A stretch of 44,368 nt of DNA from Thermostichus sp. DRC_bins_24 (GTDB taxonomy: Bacteria; Cyanobacteriota; Cyanobacteriia; Thermostichales; Thermostichaceae), in the NCBI GenBank assembly GCA_039794845.1, contig JAUQVK010000097.1, forward strand, positions 1-44,368, in the 5' to 3' direction. Within the stretch, counting starts at the first letter, position 1; each line of letters starts with the position of its first letter. Positions 32,481-42,589 of this stretch are shown piece by piece. The notes beneath the pieces were generated by a model. That model saw only the letters and a program-made list of their open reading frames with translations. It was not told where the DNA came from and made no database searches. The translations under genes were made by a program, and so were the position numbers.

Positions 32481-33833
32481 ATGGTGCAAGCCCAACGCGT
32501 CAACGAGACAGAGCCACTAGACCGCCAAGTTCCCGGCTCAGAGTCTTTTGAGGAACTCGAAACCGCTCATGTGCGCGGGACGGAGTTCTTGTCTCAGAGC
32601 CGCTTTGACGAAGCCACCAACTGGCCTGCCCCGAGCCCGAATGGCCTCAGTCTCACTTGCGAGCAAGCGGATCTCAGCCATCACTTGGCCTCCGTGGGTC
32701 GCGCCGTTGCCAGTCGACCCGCCATGCCGGTTTTGGCCAATGTGTTGCTGGAAGCCGATGCGGAAACTCAACGGGTGGCCCTCACTGCCTTTGACCTGAA
32801 CTTGGGCATTCGCAGTGAGTTTGAGGCCCAGGTGGAGGGATCCGGTCGTACTACCCTACCTGCCAAGTTGCTCAGCGATATCGTCAGCCGCCTGCCCAGT
32901 GGCCCGATGACCCTGAGCCAGCCCCGGGAAAGCGCCCCGATCACCCTCACCTCTGCTACGGGTCAGTACCAGGTGCGGGGTCTGTCGGCGGAGGACTACC
33001 CCACCCTGCCGAAGATTGGCGATTCGGAAGAGGGTGAAGCAGCCCAGGGCTCGCCAGAATCCGGCGAGCAGGCTTTGGAGCTGCAAATCGAGAGCCTGTT
33101 GCAAGGGATCAGCCAAACCCTCTTTGCTGCCTCTGGGGATGACACCAAGCAGGTGCTGACGGGGGTGCATGTCAAACTGTTGGCGGGGGATCCCCCCTTG
33201 TTGGAGTTTGCGGCTACCGATGGGCATCGTCTGGCAACGGTACAGGCGGAGTTGAGCAGTGATGGGATCCCCATGGGGGTAGGGTTAGATTTCACCATTC
33301 CTGCCCGTACTTTGCGGGAACTGGAGCGCATCCTCAGCACCCAGGCCGCCGACAGGGTGCAGTTGCGGTTTGACCGGTCTCAGGTGCAATTTAGGCTGGA
33401 AGGGCAGCTGGTTACCAGCCGCCTTTTGGAGGGCCAGTACCCCGACTACAAGCGCCTAATTCCCACGCAATTTGAGCGGCAAGTAACTCTCGAACGGCGA
33501 CCCTTAATCGAGTCTCTGGAACGGGTAGGGGTGCTTGCTGCCCAAAAAAACGACATCATCAAGTTTAATCTTTCCGCAGCATCTCAAACCCTGCACATCA
33601 GCACCGAGGCCCTCGATGTGGGCAGTGGCCAAGAATCGCTACCCGTGCAAATGTCCGGCCCTGATTTGGAGCTGGCTTTCAACGTGCGTTACTTGCTCGA
33701 TGCCCTGAAGGTGTTTCACACGCAGCAAGTGAGCCTGGCCCTCAACGGTGCCACACAACCCGCCATTTGGAAGCCGATTGGGGCGATGCGCCTCTGTTAC
33801 TTGGTCATGCCGGTGCAACTGCGGGCCACGTGA
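32481..33833 (+). CDS. dnaN: DNA polymerase III beta clamp
   Basis: LTAFDLNLGI, AATDGHRLA, RLLEGQYPDY, AFNVRYLLDAL and YLVMPVQLR motifs. Start uncertain. Confidence 0.96.
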   Translation: MVQAQRVNETEPLDRQVPGSESFEELETAHVRGTEFLSQSRFDEATNWPAPSPNGLSLTCEQADLSHHLASVGRAVASRPAMPVLANVLLEADAETQRVALTAFDLNLGIRSEFEAQVEGSGRTTLPAKLLSDIVSRLPSGPMTLSQPRESAPITLTSATGQYQVRGLSAEDYPTLPKIGDSEEGEAAQGSPESGEQALELQIESLLQGISQTLFAASGDDTKQVLTGVHVKLLAGDPPLLEFAATDGHRLATVQAELSSDGIPMGVGLDFTIPARTLRELERILSTQAADRVQLRFDRSQVQFRLEGQLVTSRLLEGQYPDYKRLIPTQFERQVTLERRPLIESLERVGVLAAQKNDIIKFNLSAASQTLHISTEALDVGSGQESLPVQMSGPDLELAFNVRYLLDALKVFHTQQVSLALNGATQPAIWKPIGAMRLCYLVMPVQLRAT

Positions 33834-33995
33834 AGTACCCGACGCTCCTCGCAAGCGAAAGCGCGCGGGCTTCTCTAATCAACCGCGACTGCCTCGGAGA
33901 GGGTAGACTTGCGCCTTCCTCCCTTGGGTCTTACATCGCGTCCTAGAGCAGAAGCCCCACTTCCTGAGGCCAAGTGAGCCAGACCCTGGCTCACC
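33810..33995 (-). ncRNA. Predicted TnpB omega-RNA (scaffold over the tnpB 3' end and right end; guide from flanking dnaN)
   Basis: Known TnpB architecture; hairpins at 33838-33870 and 33974-33994. Boundaries approximate. Confidence 0.6.
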
Positions 33996-35324
33996 AGAAT
34001 CCGCAAGCCTTCATTTTTGATATTGATTGCCGCGTTGATGTCCCTGTCGTGCCGTTCTCGGCAGTGGGGGCATACAAACGAGCGAATCGATAAATCTATC
34101 TTTTCTAGCGGTAGCAGTGTGTTTGAACAAAGATGAGAGCTTGGGAAGAATCGCCCAATCTCTAGATACACTTTGCCCTCGAACTCTGCTTTGTATTTGA
34201 GCATAGTACAGAATTGTCCCCAGCCAACATCGCTTATCGCTTTGGCTAGGTTGTGATTCTTGACCATGTTTTTAACAGCTAGGTCTTCCACCACAATCAC
34301 TTGGTTTTCGTTGACTATCTTGCGGGATAGCTTGTGATGAAAGTCTTTTCTCACTCTGGCAATTTTGGCGTGAACCTTAGCAACCTTGATTCGTGCTTTG
34401 TTTCGGTTCTGACTGCCTTTCCTTTTTCTAGACAGCTTACGCTGCTTACGCTTCAGATTTCGTTCATGCTTTTTGAGATGGCGAGGATTGACAAACCTTG
34501 AACCATCGGATGTGACGGCAAAGTCAGTCAATCCCAAATCAATCCCAATTGCCTTGCCATTACTGGAAGAATCAGGCTCTTCTGTGCCATCTTCCACCAA
34601 CAACGATGCAAAGTATTTTCCATCTGGCATCTTCGACACTGTAACTGTTCTTAGTTGTCCTTTAATCGGTCTGTGAATCTTTGCTGCAACCGTTCCTAGC
34701 AAGCCAGGAAACTTGATTGCAGACTCAGAAATCACTTTGACGTTTTGGGGGAACTGAACGGACTGGCGACGATGCTTTGATTTGAAATTGGGATATTTTG
34801 CTCTACCCTCAAAGAAATTCTGAAACGCTTGAGATAGATTCAGTACCGACTGCTGTAAGCATTGTGAATAGCACTCTTTCAGCCATTCATACTCTGCTTT
34901 TAGTGCAGGAATCTGTTTTTTCATCGTCAAGGCAGAAATTCCCTTGCCTGTCGTCTTGTACGTTTCCGTCATGACAGACAGGCAATGATTCCACAGCCAT
35001 CGTGTACAGCCAAAATGCTTGGCTAGGGTGACGGACTGCTCGTCGGTAGGGTAAATTCTGACCTTGATTGCTTTTAACATGCCGCTATTTTGGCATGAAC
35101 CTAGTAATCTGATAGATACTGGCTGCGTTGCGTAGACTATTGCTTGCTGCTGTGCACGGCTTTCAGCCTACGGGAGCATCGTTCCCCACTGCGCCTTTGG
35201 CACGCTGGCGCGTTGGCTTCTGCCTGCCGTAGGCATAACAGCAAGCGCAGCTCTCATCCCGACGCTCACCTGGAACTCGCCGCCAGCGGCGAGCCTTAGA
35301 GCGCGGGGCTAGGAACGACCTGCG
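33830..35324 (-). mobile_element. IS200/IS605-family element, tnpB only (IS1341-like, non-autonomous)
   Basis: Right end GAAG-CCCGCGCGCT...GAGCGTCGGG-TACTTCAC. Left end CTAG-CCCCGCGCTC...GAGCGTCGGG with AGAC 12 nt upstream. No tnpA. Lower GC than flanks and no GGGATCCC seen. Confidence 0.85.
33875..35080 (-). CDS. tnpB: RNA-guided endonuclease TnpB
   Basis: KAIKVRIYPT HTH start; RuvC GIDLGL / VVEDL / DRDINAA intact; Zn finger CSNT...CPHC. Confidence 0.95.
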   Translation of the reverse strand: MLKAIKVRIYPTDEQSVTLAKHFGCTRWLWNHCLSVMTETYKTTGKGISALTMKKQIPALKAEYEWLKECYSQCLQQSVLNLSQAFQNFFEGRAKYPNFKSKHRRQSVQFPQNVKVISESAIKFPGLLGTVAAKIHRPIKGQLRTVTVSKMPDGKYFASLLVEDGTEEPDSSSNGKAIGIDLGLTDFAVTSDGSRFVNPRHLKKHERNLKRKQRKLSRKRKGSQNRNKARIKVAKVHAKIARVRKDFHHKLSRKIVNENQVIVVEDLAVKNMVKNHNLAKAISDVGWGQFCTMLKYKAEFEGKVYLEIGRFFPSSHLCSNTLLPLEKIDLSIRSFVCPHCRERHDRDINAAINIKNEGLRILVSQGLAHLASGSGASALGRDVRPKGGRRKSTLSEAVAVD

Positions 35325-35341
35325 GTCTACCCGCCTAGTAG

Positions 35342-36730
35342 CTAAAGCTCAAGATAAGTAGCCAAGCTAGCGCGGCGGGTCGGAGCAAATTGGGCACAGG
35401 TGGACAAAATGGGTTCCAACACTTGGGCGTGGCTTTTTTGAAACTGCCGCAACAGACTCTCGGGATCCAGCTGATGGGCAAACATTTGGTGAACAATGCC
35501 GTGCCAAGTGCGGGTGGCTTCAGCGCCTAAGTGATGATAGAGAAAGGTGGCCAAAGGGGAGCAGGTTAGGTCGTGGCCGGTGGCACCGGATCGACCTTGG
35601 TGCAGCAGTTCCAAAACAATGGGATTGTGGGCCACGGTTGGGCAGGTGGATCCCGTCCTCTGTGGATCCCAAAGGGTTTGGTGGGGACCATCCCAGCCTT
35701 GGCCGGAGGCGCGATAGCCCAGAAATAAGGAGATGGGACCGTCGCCGCCACTGCTGAGGGCCACTGCTTCCAACAGGCCAATTGCCAACAGTTGGACGCC
35801 AATATACTCTTGCCCAATACGCAGGTTATGGGCTGCCTGCTCGGTCATCGCCTGCCAAGTTTCTGGGCTGGGGTAGCCGCGGTGATGTCGGAACACCCGC
35901 TGCGGATCTAAGTTGAGAAAAAATTGCTCCATCCGCTGCAAAACACGGCGATAGTCCACCACCGAGTAGAGATTAAACTCCAGCAGGCGTGGGTTCATTT
36001 CCGGCAGCAGTGCCCAGGTGTGATCCAAAAAGGCTCCGGCATCAGCAGAGGCAAAATTTTCCACATCACGGTTGGCTAGCTCTACTGCATCCCGCAAGAT
36101 TTGCCCAATGTGCTCAGAACTCAGCCTCAACTGCAGCTCACGGTTGAGCTGTTCAACCCGGCCTTCCAACTCTTCTAGGCTGGAGTAGCCACCGGCATTG
36201 TTGGGACGAAACGGAATGGTGGATTCGATATTGGCTACGATCGCCACTTGATTTGTTATGGAGAGCCACGGCCCCAATTGATCCAAGGCCATATAGGCGC
36301 TCAAAAACTCGTTAATGCCATCTGTGTGGCTGTAGTGCTGCCCTGGCTCAAAGTTAAACAGGCGTAGACAGATGTGCAGCGCCAAAGAAGGTTCGACAGC
36401 AGCAATGTGGATCCCGGTGGGGGTGGGAATGATGGCCCCCTCCTGCAGCAGCCTTTTGGGGAACCCGTGGGGACCAGAGTCGGGAGCGTGTTGATCCAAC
36501 TGGAGGTAAACGATGTCGTGAAAGAGACCCGCCAAAATCTGAATCGGAGAGCCAGCATGGCTGATAGTTAAGGTGTGATGGGTGGTATGAAAGCGGCGGG
36601 ATCCCCGTTCCATGCGGGTGAAGATGAGAACGGCCATCCGCTCAATCTCCGGAGGAGGCACCTTCACCCTGAGCTGTGCGAAGGCTTGTTCCAGCAGATT
36701 AATGACCTGGATCAGCGGCGATTCCGGCAT
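35342..36730 (-). CDS. Hypothetical protein with HD-domain-like motif
   Basis: RRFHTTHH...LAGLFHDIVY...ANRDV. Confidence 0.75.
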   Translation of the reverse strand: MPESPLIQVINLLEQAFAQLRVKVPPPEIERMAVLIFTRMERGSRRFHTTHHTLTISHAGSPIQILAGLFHDIVYLQLDQHAPDSGPHGFPKRLLQEGAIIPTPTGIHIAAVEPSLALHICLRLFNFEPGQHYSHTDGINEFLSAYMALDQLGPWLSITNQVAIVANIESTIPFRPNNAGGYSSLEELEGRVEQLNRELQLRLSSEHIGQILRDAVELANRDVENFASADAGAFLDHTWALLPEMNPRLLEFNLYSVVDYRRVLQRMEQFFLNLDPQRVFRHHRGYPSPETWQAMTEQAAHNLRIGQEYIGVQLLAIGLLEAVALSSGGDGPISLFLGYRASGQGWDGPHQTLWDPQRTGSTCPTVAHNPIVLELLHQGRSGATGHDLTCSPLATFLYHHLGAEATRTWHGIVHQMFAHQLDPESLLRQFQKSHAQVLEPILSTCAQFAPTRRASLATYLEL

Positions 36731-36905
36731 CTCAATCTCGAGTCCTGCTGAGGGGTTCGGGCTTGGCTGATGGCTAGATGCACAGAATGAGGTCAGCTTA
36801 TCCCATGACCGGGGAGCGGGTCGTTAGTAAGGTTGCAAGGGGAAGTCGGGAGCTTCCTTCAAGATAGAAAGGTCAGTCTTGTGGACTTGTGATTGAAATC
36901 ACAGC

Positions 36906-38105
36906 TTAAACATAGCGATGGGTGAACTCCTGCACAAAATCCACACGTCCTTTGCGCAACACTGCCGGATCCAGGCGCTCGGTGGTGTTGCAGGTCATCA
37001 GCACCACCAGCTTTTGTTCGCAGTGGGGGTGTTCTGGATCGAGCACACTCCGGTGCAGGGTGCCGTCCAGAAAACTGAGGATACGTTCGGTTTTGCTGCT
37101 CTGTTGCGCCACTTCGCTGCTGCGGTCTTGGGCGAGGTTGTCTGCTTCGTTGACGATCAGGCATACCCGCTCCAAGTAGGGGGGTGGAATGAATTCTTGT
37201 ACCGCCTCGTGATCCAGGATGAACACTACATAACCCAGCGGCACCAGCAGTTGGTGGGCTACCGCCTGCGTCCAGACGGTTTTTCCGGTGCCCGGGATCC
37301 CGTGTACCAAGACTGCCAGACGTTCCTGCTGCAAGATCTGCTGTTGTACCCGATCGGTGAAGGCTTGAATCTCGGCGGGGAAAGAGCTGATGGGGTAGCT
37401 GCTCTGGATTTGCCCAATCCGGCTTTGGTAGCCGCTGAGCATCACCGCCAGGTTATAAGTGACCTTGCGAATCAAGGGCTTGAGATCTACCCCAATTAGG
37501 GTGTAGCGGCGGCGGGTTTGATAGGTGGTCTCAATTTGTAGCCAAATCTGATGCTCGGGCCAAAAGGCGTAGACAGTGCCTAGGCTGCGAATTTGCTCCC
37601 AACTGTTAAAGCGTTCGATCGGGTAGTAGAAGTAGCGATCCATGAACACCTGCACAATCTGTGTGGGCCGCCCCAAGTAGTCTAAGATTTTTAGAACCGT
37701 GATTTCTTTGAGACGGGCCAGGGCATAATCGATGGGAATTTGGTCTCGGCTCACCTGTTGTTGGATTGGGGTCTCCGTGGCAAGTAAGTTTTGAAAGGTA
37801 TAGTCGGGGCCGGGTGGGGGTGGGGTGATGCTGTTCCAAAATTCGCCGATTTCGTAGCGGGTATTTTCTGAGAACAAGTTGAGCAAATTGGCCAGCGGGC
37901 TAAATTCGTTGCGCCCGACGGCGTTGGCGATGTCGCTGCACACATCCAGGACTTTTTGGGTCAGATCCCAGGGATCCTGCATCACCAGTTGCCAAAAGTA
38001 CTCCGCATCAAAATGCCGATGCAACGGCCGCCACCCGGATCCCAAAAGGTTCTGGCGGTCAGGCTGCTGGTACCTAGGGTAGTAGTTGTCGTAGCTGTTA
38101 TCCAT
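36906..38105 (-). CDS. AAA-family ATPase
   Basis: HGIPGTGKT Walker A, LIVNEAD Walker B-like, TCNTTERLDPAVLRKGRVD SRH. Likely ATG at 38105. Confidence 0.88.
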   Translation of the reverse strand: MDNSYDNYYPRYQQPDRQNLLGSGWRPLHRHFDAEYFWQLVMQDPWDLTQKVLDVCSDIANAVGRNEFSPLANLLNLFSENTRYEIGEFWNSITPPPPGPDYTFQNLLATETPIQQQVSRDQIPIDYALARLKEITVLKILDYLGRPTQIVQVFMDRYFYYPIERFNSWEQIRSLGTVYAFWPEHQIWLQIETTYQTRRRYTLIGVDLKPLIRKVTYNLAVMLSGYQSRIGQIQSSYPISSFPAEIQAFTDRVQQQILQQERLAVLVHGIPGTGKTVWTQAVAHQLLVPLGYVVFILDHEAVQEFIPPPYLERVCLIVNEADNLAQDRSSEVAQQSSKTERILSFLDGTLHRSVLDPEHPHCEQKLVVLMTCNTTERLDPAVLRKGRVDFVQEFTHRYV

Positions 38106-38319
38106 GCAGGGGCAGGGGCTGAGGGGGCAGGGTATGTCAGAGCTTTGCGAGCAGGGATCCCACAGCTCCGGGCGGGGCCAAGAGGAGGAGACTCTGGAAT
38201 GGATTGTGGATGTGTATGTTAGCTTGAAAGCCCGTAGGATCGGGATCCCAAAATGACCCTCGATCCGAAAGATACCGCTCATACGTGCAAATCCCAAAAT
38301 CCTCCTCCGTGTGTTGCTC

Positions 38320-39303
38320 TTAGGACTTTGCAGAACGTTCCAATCCCTGTGCTCCAAACTTTGCAGCACCCTTTAGAGCCGCTTGGGCATTGCGTCGCAA
38401 CCGTTTGGCTTTCAGTCTGCGCAGAGCCGAGGCAGGAAACTTTTGCTGGAATTCCCCATCGCTCATCTGGGCCAGGTCCTGGAGACGGGGGGCCACATTC
38501 CAGGGGTAAGGTTGAAAATCCGGGATCCCGCTCGGTTGGGCAAAGCGTTGGTTCCAGGGGCAGACATCCTGGCAAATGTCGCATCCGGCAACCCAGTTGT
38601 GTAGGTTCTGGGTGATGTCGTCAGGGATCCCTTCGGCATGGCTTTCGAGGGTGTGATAGGCAATGCACTGGCGGGAATCCACCACTCCAGGGCTGACGAT
38701 GGCTTGGGTGGGGCAAGCCTCCAGACAACGGCGACAGGTGCCGCAATGGTGGGTGTGCGGTCGGTCGGGAATCAGCGTTAAGGTGGTCAGAATCACCCCC
38801 AAAAAGATCCAGGAGCCATACTCGCGGGTGAGCAACAGGCCATTTTTGCCAACCCACCCCAAGCCTGCCTGCATGGCCCACGGTTTTTCTGCCACCGGGC
38901 CGGTATCCACGTAAAAGCGGTTTTGGCAGGAAGGAAATTCCGCCTGCATCCAGAGGTGAAGCTGCTTCAACCGTCGCCCCAACACCCGGTGATAATCGCG
39001 GCCCCAAGCATACCGAGAGATTTTACCCTTGGTCGGATCCCGACTATGGGGAATGGGGGTGTAGTAGTTCAAGGCCACTGCGATCACAGATTTCGCCCCC
39101 GGCAACACCAAGGTGACATCCAGCCGCCGGGGATCCTTCATCCAGGCCATATCGGCAGCCATCCCCTCCGCCAACCAGCTTGGTAAGCCCCGCAAATCAG
39201 GGGGATCCGCCACGCTGGCAATGCCGACTTTGTCGAAGCCAAGCGCTAGCGCCTGCTGTTTCACGCGCTCTGTGGCTCTGGCTTGCTCCGTTTCCCCCAA
39301 CAC
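38320..39303 (-). CDS. queG: tRNA epoxyqueuosine reductase
   Basis: ISRYAWGRDYH, VDTGPVAEK, CGTCRRCLEACPT and GCDICQDVCPWN motifs. Confidence 0.96.
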   Translation of the reverse strand: MLGETEQARATERVKQQALALGFDKVGIASVADPPDLRGLPSWLAEGMAADMAWMKDPRRLDVTLVLPGAKSVIAVALNYYTPIPHSRDPTKGKISRYAWGRDYHRVLGRRLKQLHLWMQAEFPSCQNRFYVDTGPVAEKPWAMQAGLGWVGKNGLLLTREYGSWIFLGVILTTLTLIPDRPHTHHCGTCRRCLEACPTQAIVSPGVVDSRQCIAYHTLESHAEGIPDDITQNLHNWVAGCDICQDVCPWNQRFAQPSGIPDFQPYPWNVAPRLQDLAQMSDGEFQQKFPASALRRLKAKRLRRNAQAALKGAAKFGAQGLERSAKS

Positions 39304-39324
39304 GGGATCCCTGTCGCAACAGGT

Positions 39325-40749
39325 CTATTCTGGCAACCCCATGACGCGGCGGTAACGGGCCTCCAGTTGCTCCGCTTGTTCCGATTTTCGGAAGGGCGAA
39401 CCAGACTCTGGGAAATTCCAATGGCTCTGGGCAAAGAGATCCTGCCGCAGCTTGGCCACATCCACCGTCGTCACGGTTCCGGAAGACACCACCTGTTTCC
39501 CTTTCACCCAAACGCTGTCCACCACCTGTGTGGGGCGGCCCAAAATCAAGAGCCCAATCGGGTCGGTACGGGGCAAAATCGACAGTTGGGTCAGGTCGTA
39601 GAGCACCAAGTCCGCCTGCATCCCCACCGCCAGGGATCCGAACTGATCCGCCATGCCAACTCCCTTGGCCCCGCCTCGTGATGCCATGTCTACGCTCTCG
39701 CGGGGGGAGATCCAGTTGCGGTAGTCGAAATCCGTAACATTGTGCAGAATGCTGCCGATTTTAATCGCCTCCAACAGATCCTGGGAGTCGTTGCTGGCCG
39801 AGCCATCGCAGCCAAAGGAGACATTCACCCCCGCCCGCCGATACTTCAACAGAGGGGCAATGCCGCTGCCCAGGCGCAGGTTGCTCAAGGGGTTGTGAAC
39901 GACGGTGGAGCCGGTGCGGGCCAAGATCTCGATATCGGCATCGGTGAGCCAAACGCAGTGGGCCAAGGAGGTTTTGGGGTCCAGATAACCGATGCGTTCC
40001 AAATGCTCCACTGCGCTACAGCCATATTTTTCGTGGGCCAACATTTGCTGGGCGCGGGTTTCCAGCAGGTGGGCGTGGCGGGGCAGGTTATATTTTTGGC
40101 TCAGCTCCACGCAACCCTTAAACAGATCGTCTGAACACAGTTGAATACCGGTGGGAGCCACCATCAAAGTTATTCCCTCTTCCGGTCGATGGAATTGCCG
40201 CACCGCTTCTTCCACAATTTCCAGTACCTCTGCGGTGCTGAGGGGATAAGCCTCGTGCTCCAGATCCTGAGACTCGCCACTGGGCACGCCGGTGGACAGG
40301 GCTTGATCCTGAATCAGGGGGCCAATAAAGGCGCGGATCCCACTTTGTCGGTAGGCTCGCACGGCGGCTTCGATGGTGGCCAGCTCTTGCCCGGGGATCA
40401 GCACCAAATGATCCACCACAGCGGTGCCGCCCGTGAGCAAGGTTTCTACGGCGGTGCCCAACGCGCTCAGATGGATTTTTTCAGGATCCAGCGGCGCATT
40501 CTCATGCAGTTGCGCGAGCCACAACTCCAGTGGATAGGGAGGAATGAGCCCCCGCTGCCACATTTCCGAAGAATGGGTGTGGGCGTTGACAAAGCCCGGT
40601 AGCAAAAGTTTGTCGCGGGCATCCAGTTCTGTGCCGGTTGCCGATAAACCTGAGCCCATCGCCGCAATTCGCTCCCCTTCAATTTGCACATCCGTGGTTT
40701 CATAGCCTGTGGGGGTGGGAATCAACGCATTGCGTAGGACGTAGCTCAT
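39325..40749 (-). CDS. Amidohydrolase, TRZ/ATZ (nucleobase deaminase-like) family
   Basis: PGFVNAHTH, HAHLLET, AHCVWL, HNPLSNLRLGSG and GCDGSASN motifs. Confidence 0.9.
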   Translation of the reverse strand: MSYVLRNALIPTPTGYETTDVQIEGERIAAMGSGLSATGTELDARDKLLLPGFVNAHTHSSEMWQRGLIPPYPLELWLAQLHENAPLDPEKIHLSALGTAVETLLTGGTAVVDHLVLIPGQELATIEAAVRAYRQSGIRAFIGPLIQDQALSTGVPSGESQDLEHEAYPLSTAEVLEIVEEAVRQFHRPEEGITLMVAPTGIQLCSDDLFKGCVELSQKYNLPRHAHLLETRAQQMLAHEKYGCSAVEHLERIGYLDPKTSLAHCVWLTDADIEILARTGSTVVHNPLSNLRLGSGIAPLLKYRRAGVNVSFGCDGSASNDSQDLLEAIKIGSILHNVTDFDYRNWISPRESVDMASRGGAKGVGMADQFGSLAVGMQADLVLYDLTQLSILPRTDPIGLLILGRPTQVVDSVWVKGKQVVSSGTVTTVDVAKLRQDLFAQSHWNFPESGSPFRKSEQAEQLEARYRRVMGLPE

Positions 40750-40838
40750 GCCAGGGATCCAAAAAAGGCCGCTTGCTACCTTAGCGTGTCGGAGTTAACC
40801 GTGCCAAGGAAAAGCAGTGAACAAAGTCGTCAATGGCG

Positions 40839-41642
40839 TCACAAGTTGCTGTGGGCTGCCTTGAGGGCATTCAGCAGATCCAGGCTCAGCCCCATCATAT
40901 TCAGATAAAACCCTGCCTTATTCGGCCCGTGATAATCGCTGCCCCCCGTTACCACCAGGTTGTGCTTCTGGGCCCATTTCAAGAGTTGCCGCTTCACCCG
41001 TACGCTGTGATCCGGATGATAAACCTCCAAGCCCATCAACCCCGCCTCTAACAGCGCTGCAAACGTATTTTCTAAAGTATCTCCCCGAAACAGAGCTGGA
41101 TGGGCCCATACCGGCACCGCCCCACAGGCTCGCAACAGCTGGATCCCTTCCAGGGCACTGAACTTTTCGTAGGGCACAAAGGCTGGCCCCTCATCCCCCA
41201 GAAACCGCTCGAATGCCTCACGCGCACTGCGCACATGGCCTGCTTTCACCAGAGCTTGGGCCAAATGGGGCCGACCGGGGGCCAAATGGGTATCGGGCAT
41301 GGGGATCGGGTAACCCAGTTCTGCCAGTCGCTGCACCATGGCCTCGGCCCGCCGGATTCGCCCTTGGCGACGGTCTTCCAAAGGCGCCGCCAGCCGGGTT
41401 GGGTCGGGATAAAACCCCAGCAAATGCAAAGAGCGCCCCTGCCAAACGGTGCTCAACTCCACCGCCGGGATGATTTCGATGCCCCATTCGGATCCCGCCT
41501 GTAGGGCTTCGTCCCAACCGGCCAGGGTGTCGTGGTCGGAAATGGCCAGAGCTTTCACACCGGCACGAGCAGCTGCCTCCACCAATTGCGATGGACTCAG
41601 GGATCCATCCGAACAGGTGGTATGGCAGTGGAGCTCCAGCAT
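40839..41642 (-). CDS. PHP-domain phosphoesterase (TrpH/YciV-like)
   Basis: LHCHTTCSDG, SDHDT, AHP and TGGSDYHG motifs. Confidence 0.92.
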   Translation of the reverse strand: MLELHCHTTCSDGSLSPSQLVEAAARAGVKALAISDHDTLAGWDEALQAGSEWGIEIIPAVELSTVWQGRSLHLLGFYPDPTRLAAPLEDRRQGRIRRAEAMVQRLAELGYPIPMPDTHLAPGRPHLAQALVKAGHVRSAREAFERFLGDEGPAFVPYEKFSALEGIQLLRACGAVPVWAHPALFRGDTLENTFAALLEAGLMGLEVYHPDHSVRVKRQLLKWAQKHNLVVTGGSDYHGPNKAGFYLNMMGLSLDLLNALKAAHSNL

Positions 41643-41646
41643 CGGC

Positions 41647-42417
41647 TTATTTCTTTTTCTTGGTGGATCCCTTCTTGGCGGGTTTGGTCTCGGTTGCCGG
41701 AGCAGGGGCCGGTTCTTCTGCCGGCGGGGGTTCTGCCGCTTTTGGGGGCTCTGCCGGCTTCAGACCCACTTGAGCAGCCGCAGCCACCTCAGCGGCAAAA
41801 TCCACCTCTTCTTTTTCGATCCCTTCTCCTAGCACGAAACGCACAAACCGCCGCACTTGAATGTTTTCCCCTAGCTTGGCAATGTGCTGTTTCACCAATT
41901 CCTCGACGGTGATCGAAGAATCCTTGATGAAGGGTTGATCCAACAAAGATAACTCTTTCAGACGCTTTTCGATACGACCTTGCACGATCTTTTCCCGCAC
42001 ATTTTCGGGTTTACTGGCCAAGTCGTCTTTGCCCATTTCGATGGCTTTCTCTCGCTCCACCACTTCGGGGGGAATCTGGGCAACGCTGACGTATTCCACG
42101 TTTTGGCAGGCGGCAATTTGCTTGGCGATATCTTGCACCAATTTCTTAAAGTCTTCGCCGCGTGCGACGAAGTCCGTTTCGCAGTTTACCTCCACCAACA
42201 CCCCAATCCGATTGCCAAAGTGGATGTAGCTATCTACCGCCCCTTCTGCCGCGACACGGCTGGCCTTTTTGGCTGCTCCTGCCAACCCCTTCTGTCGTAG
42301 CCAGGTGATGGCTTTTTCCATGTCGCCCTCGGATTCGACGAGGGCTTTTTTGCAGTCCATCATGCCTGCGCCTGTCTTTTCACGCAGCTCTTTGACCAAT
42401 TTGGCATCAATACTCAT
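41647..42417 (-). CDS. tsf: Elongation factor Ts
   Basis: [19 protein letters not shown] and [10 protein letters not shown]; downstream of rpsB. Confidence 0.98.
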   Translation of the reverse strand: MSIDAKLVKELREKTGAGMMDCKKALVESEGDMEKAITWLRQKGLAGAAKKASRVAAEGAVDSYIHFGNRIGVLVEVNCETDFVARGEDFKKLVQDIAKQIAACQNVEYVSVAQIPPEVVEREKAIEMGKDDLASKPENVREKIVQGRIEKRLKELSLLDQPFIKDSSITVEELVKQHIAKLGENIQVRRFVRFVLGEGIEKEEVDFAAEVAAAAQVGLKPAEPPKAAEPPPAEEPAPAPATETKPAKKGSTKKKK

Positions 42418-42589
42418 GAGGGTTCCTCGAATCTCACATCGTACAAAAGGACAGAAGGACGTGGCCGGATATGAGGATGGGCGGGATTGGGAAAAATTGT
42501 GAATCTATATTTCAAGGATACAGGCTTCTGGGGCGGGGACAGGCAGGGAGATGCTCGGTCGGCATGGGATCCCTGCCTTGGGCTAGAGG

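Noticed and set aside
38106..38369. N-terminal extension of the AAA ATPase ORF
   Set aside because: Overlaps queG and looks non-coding; ATG 38105 is more plausible.
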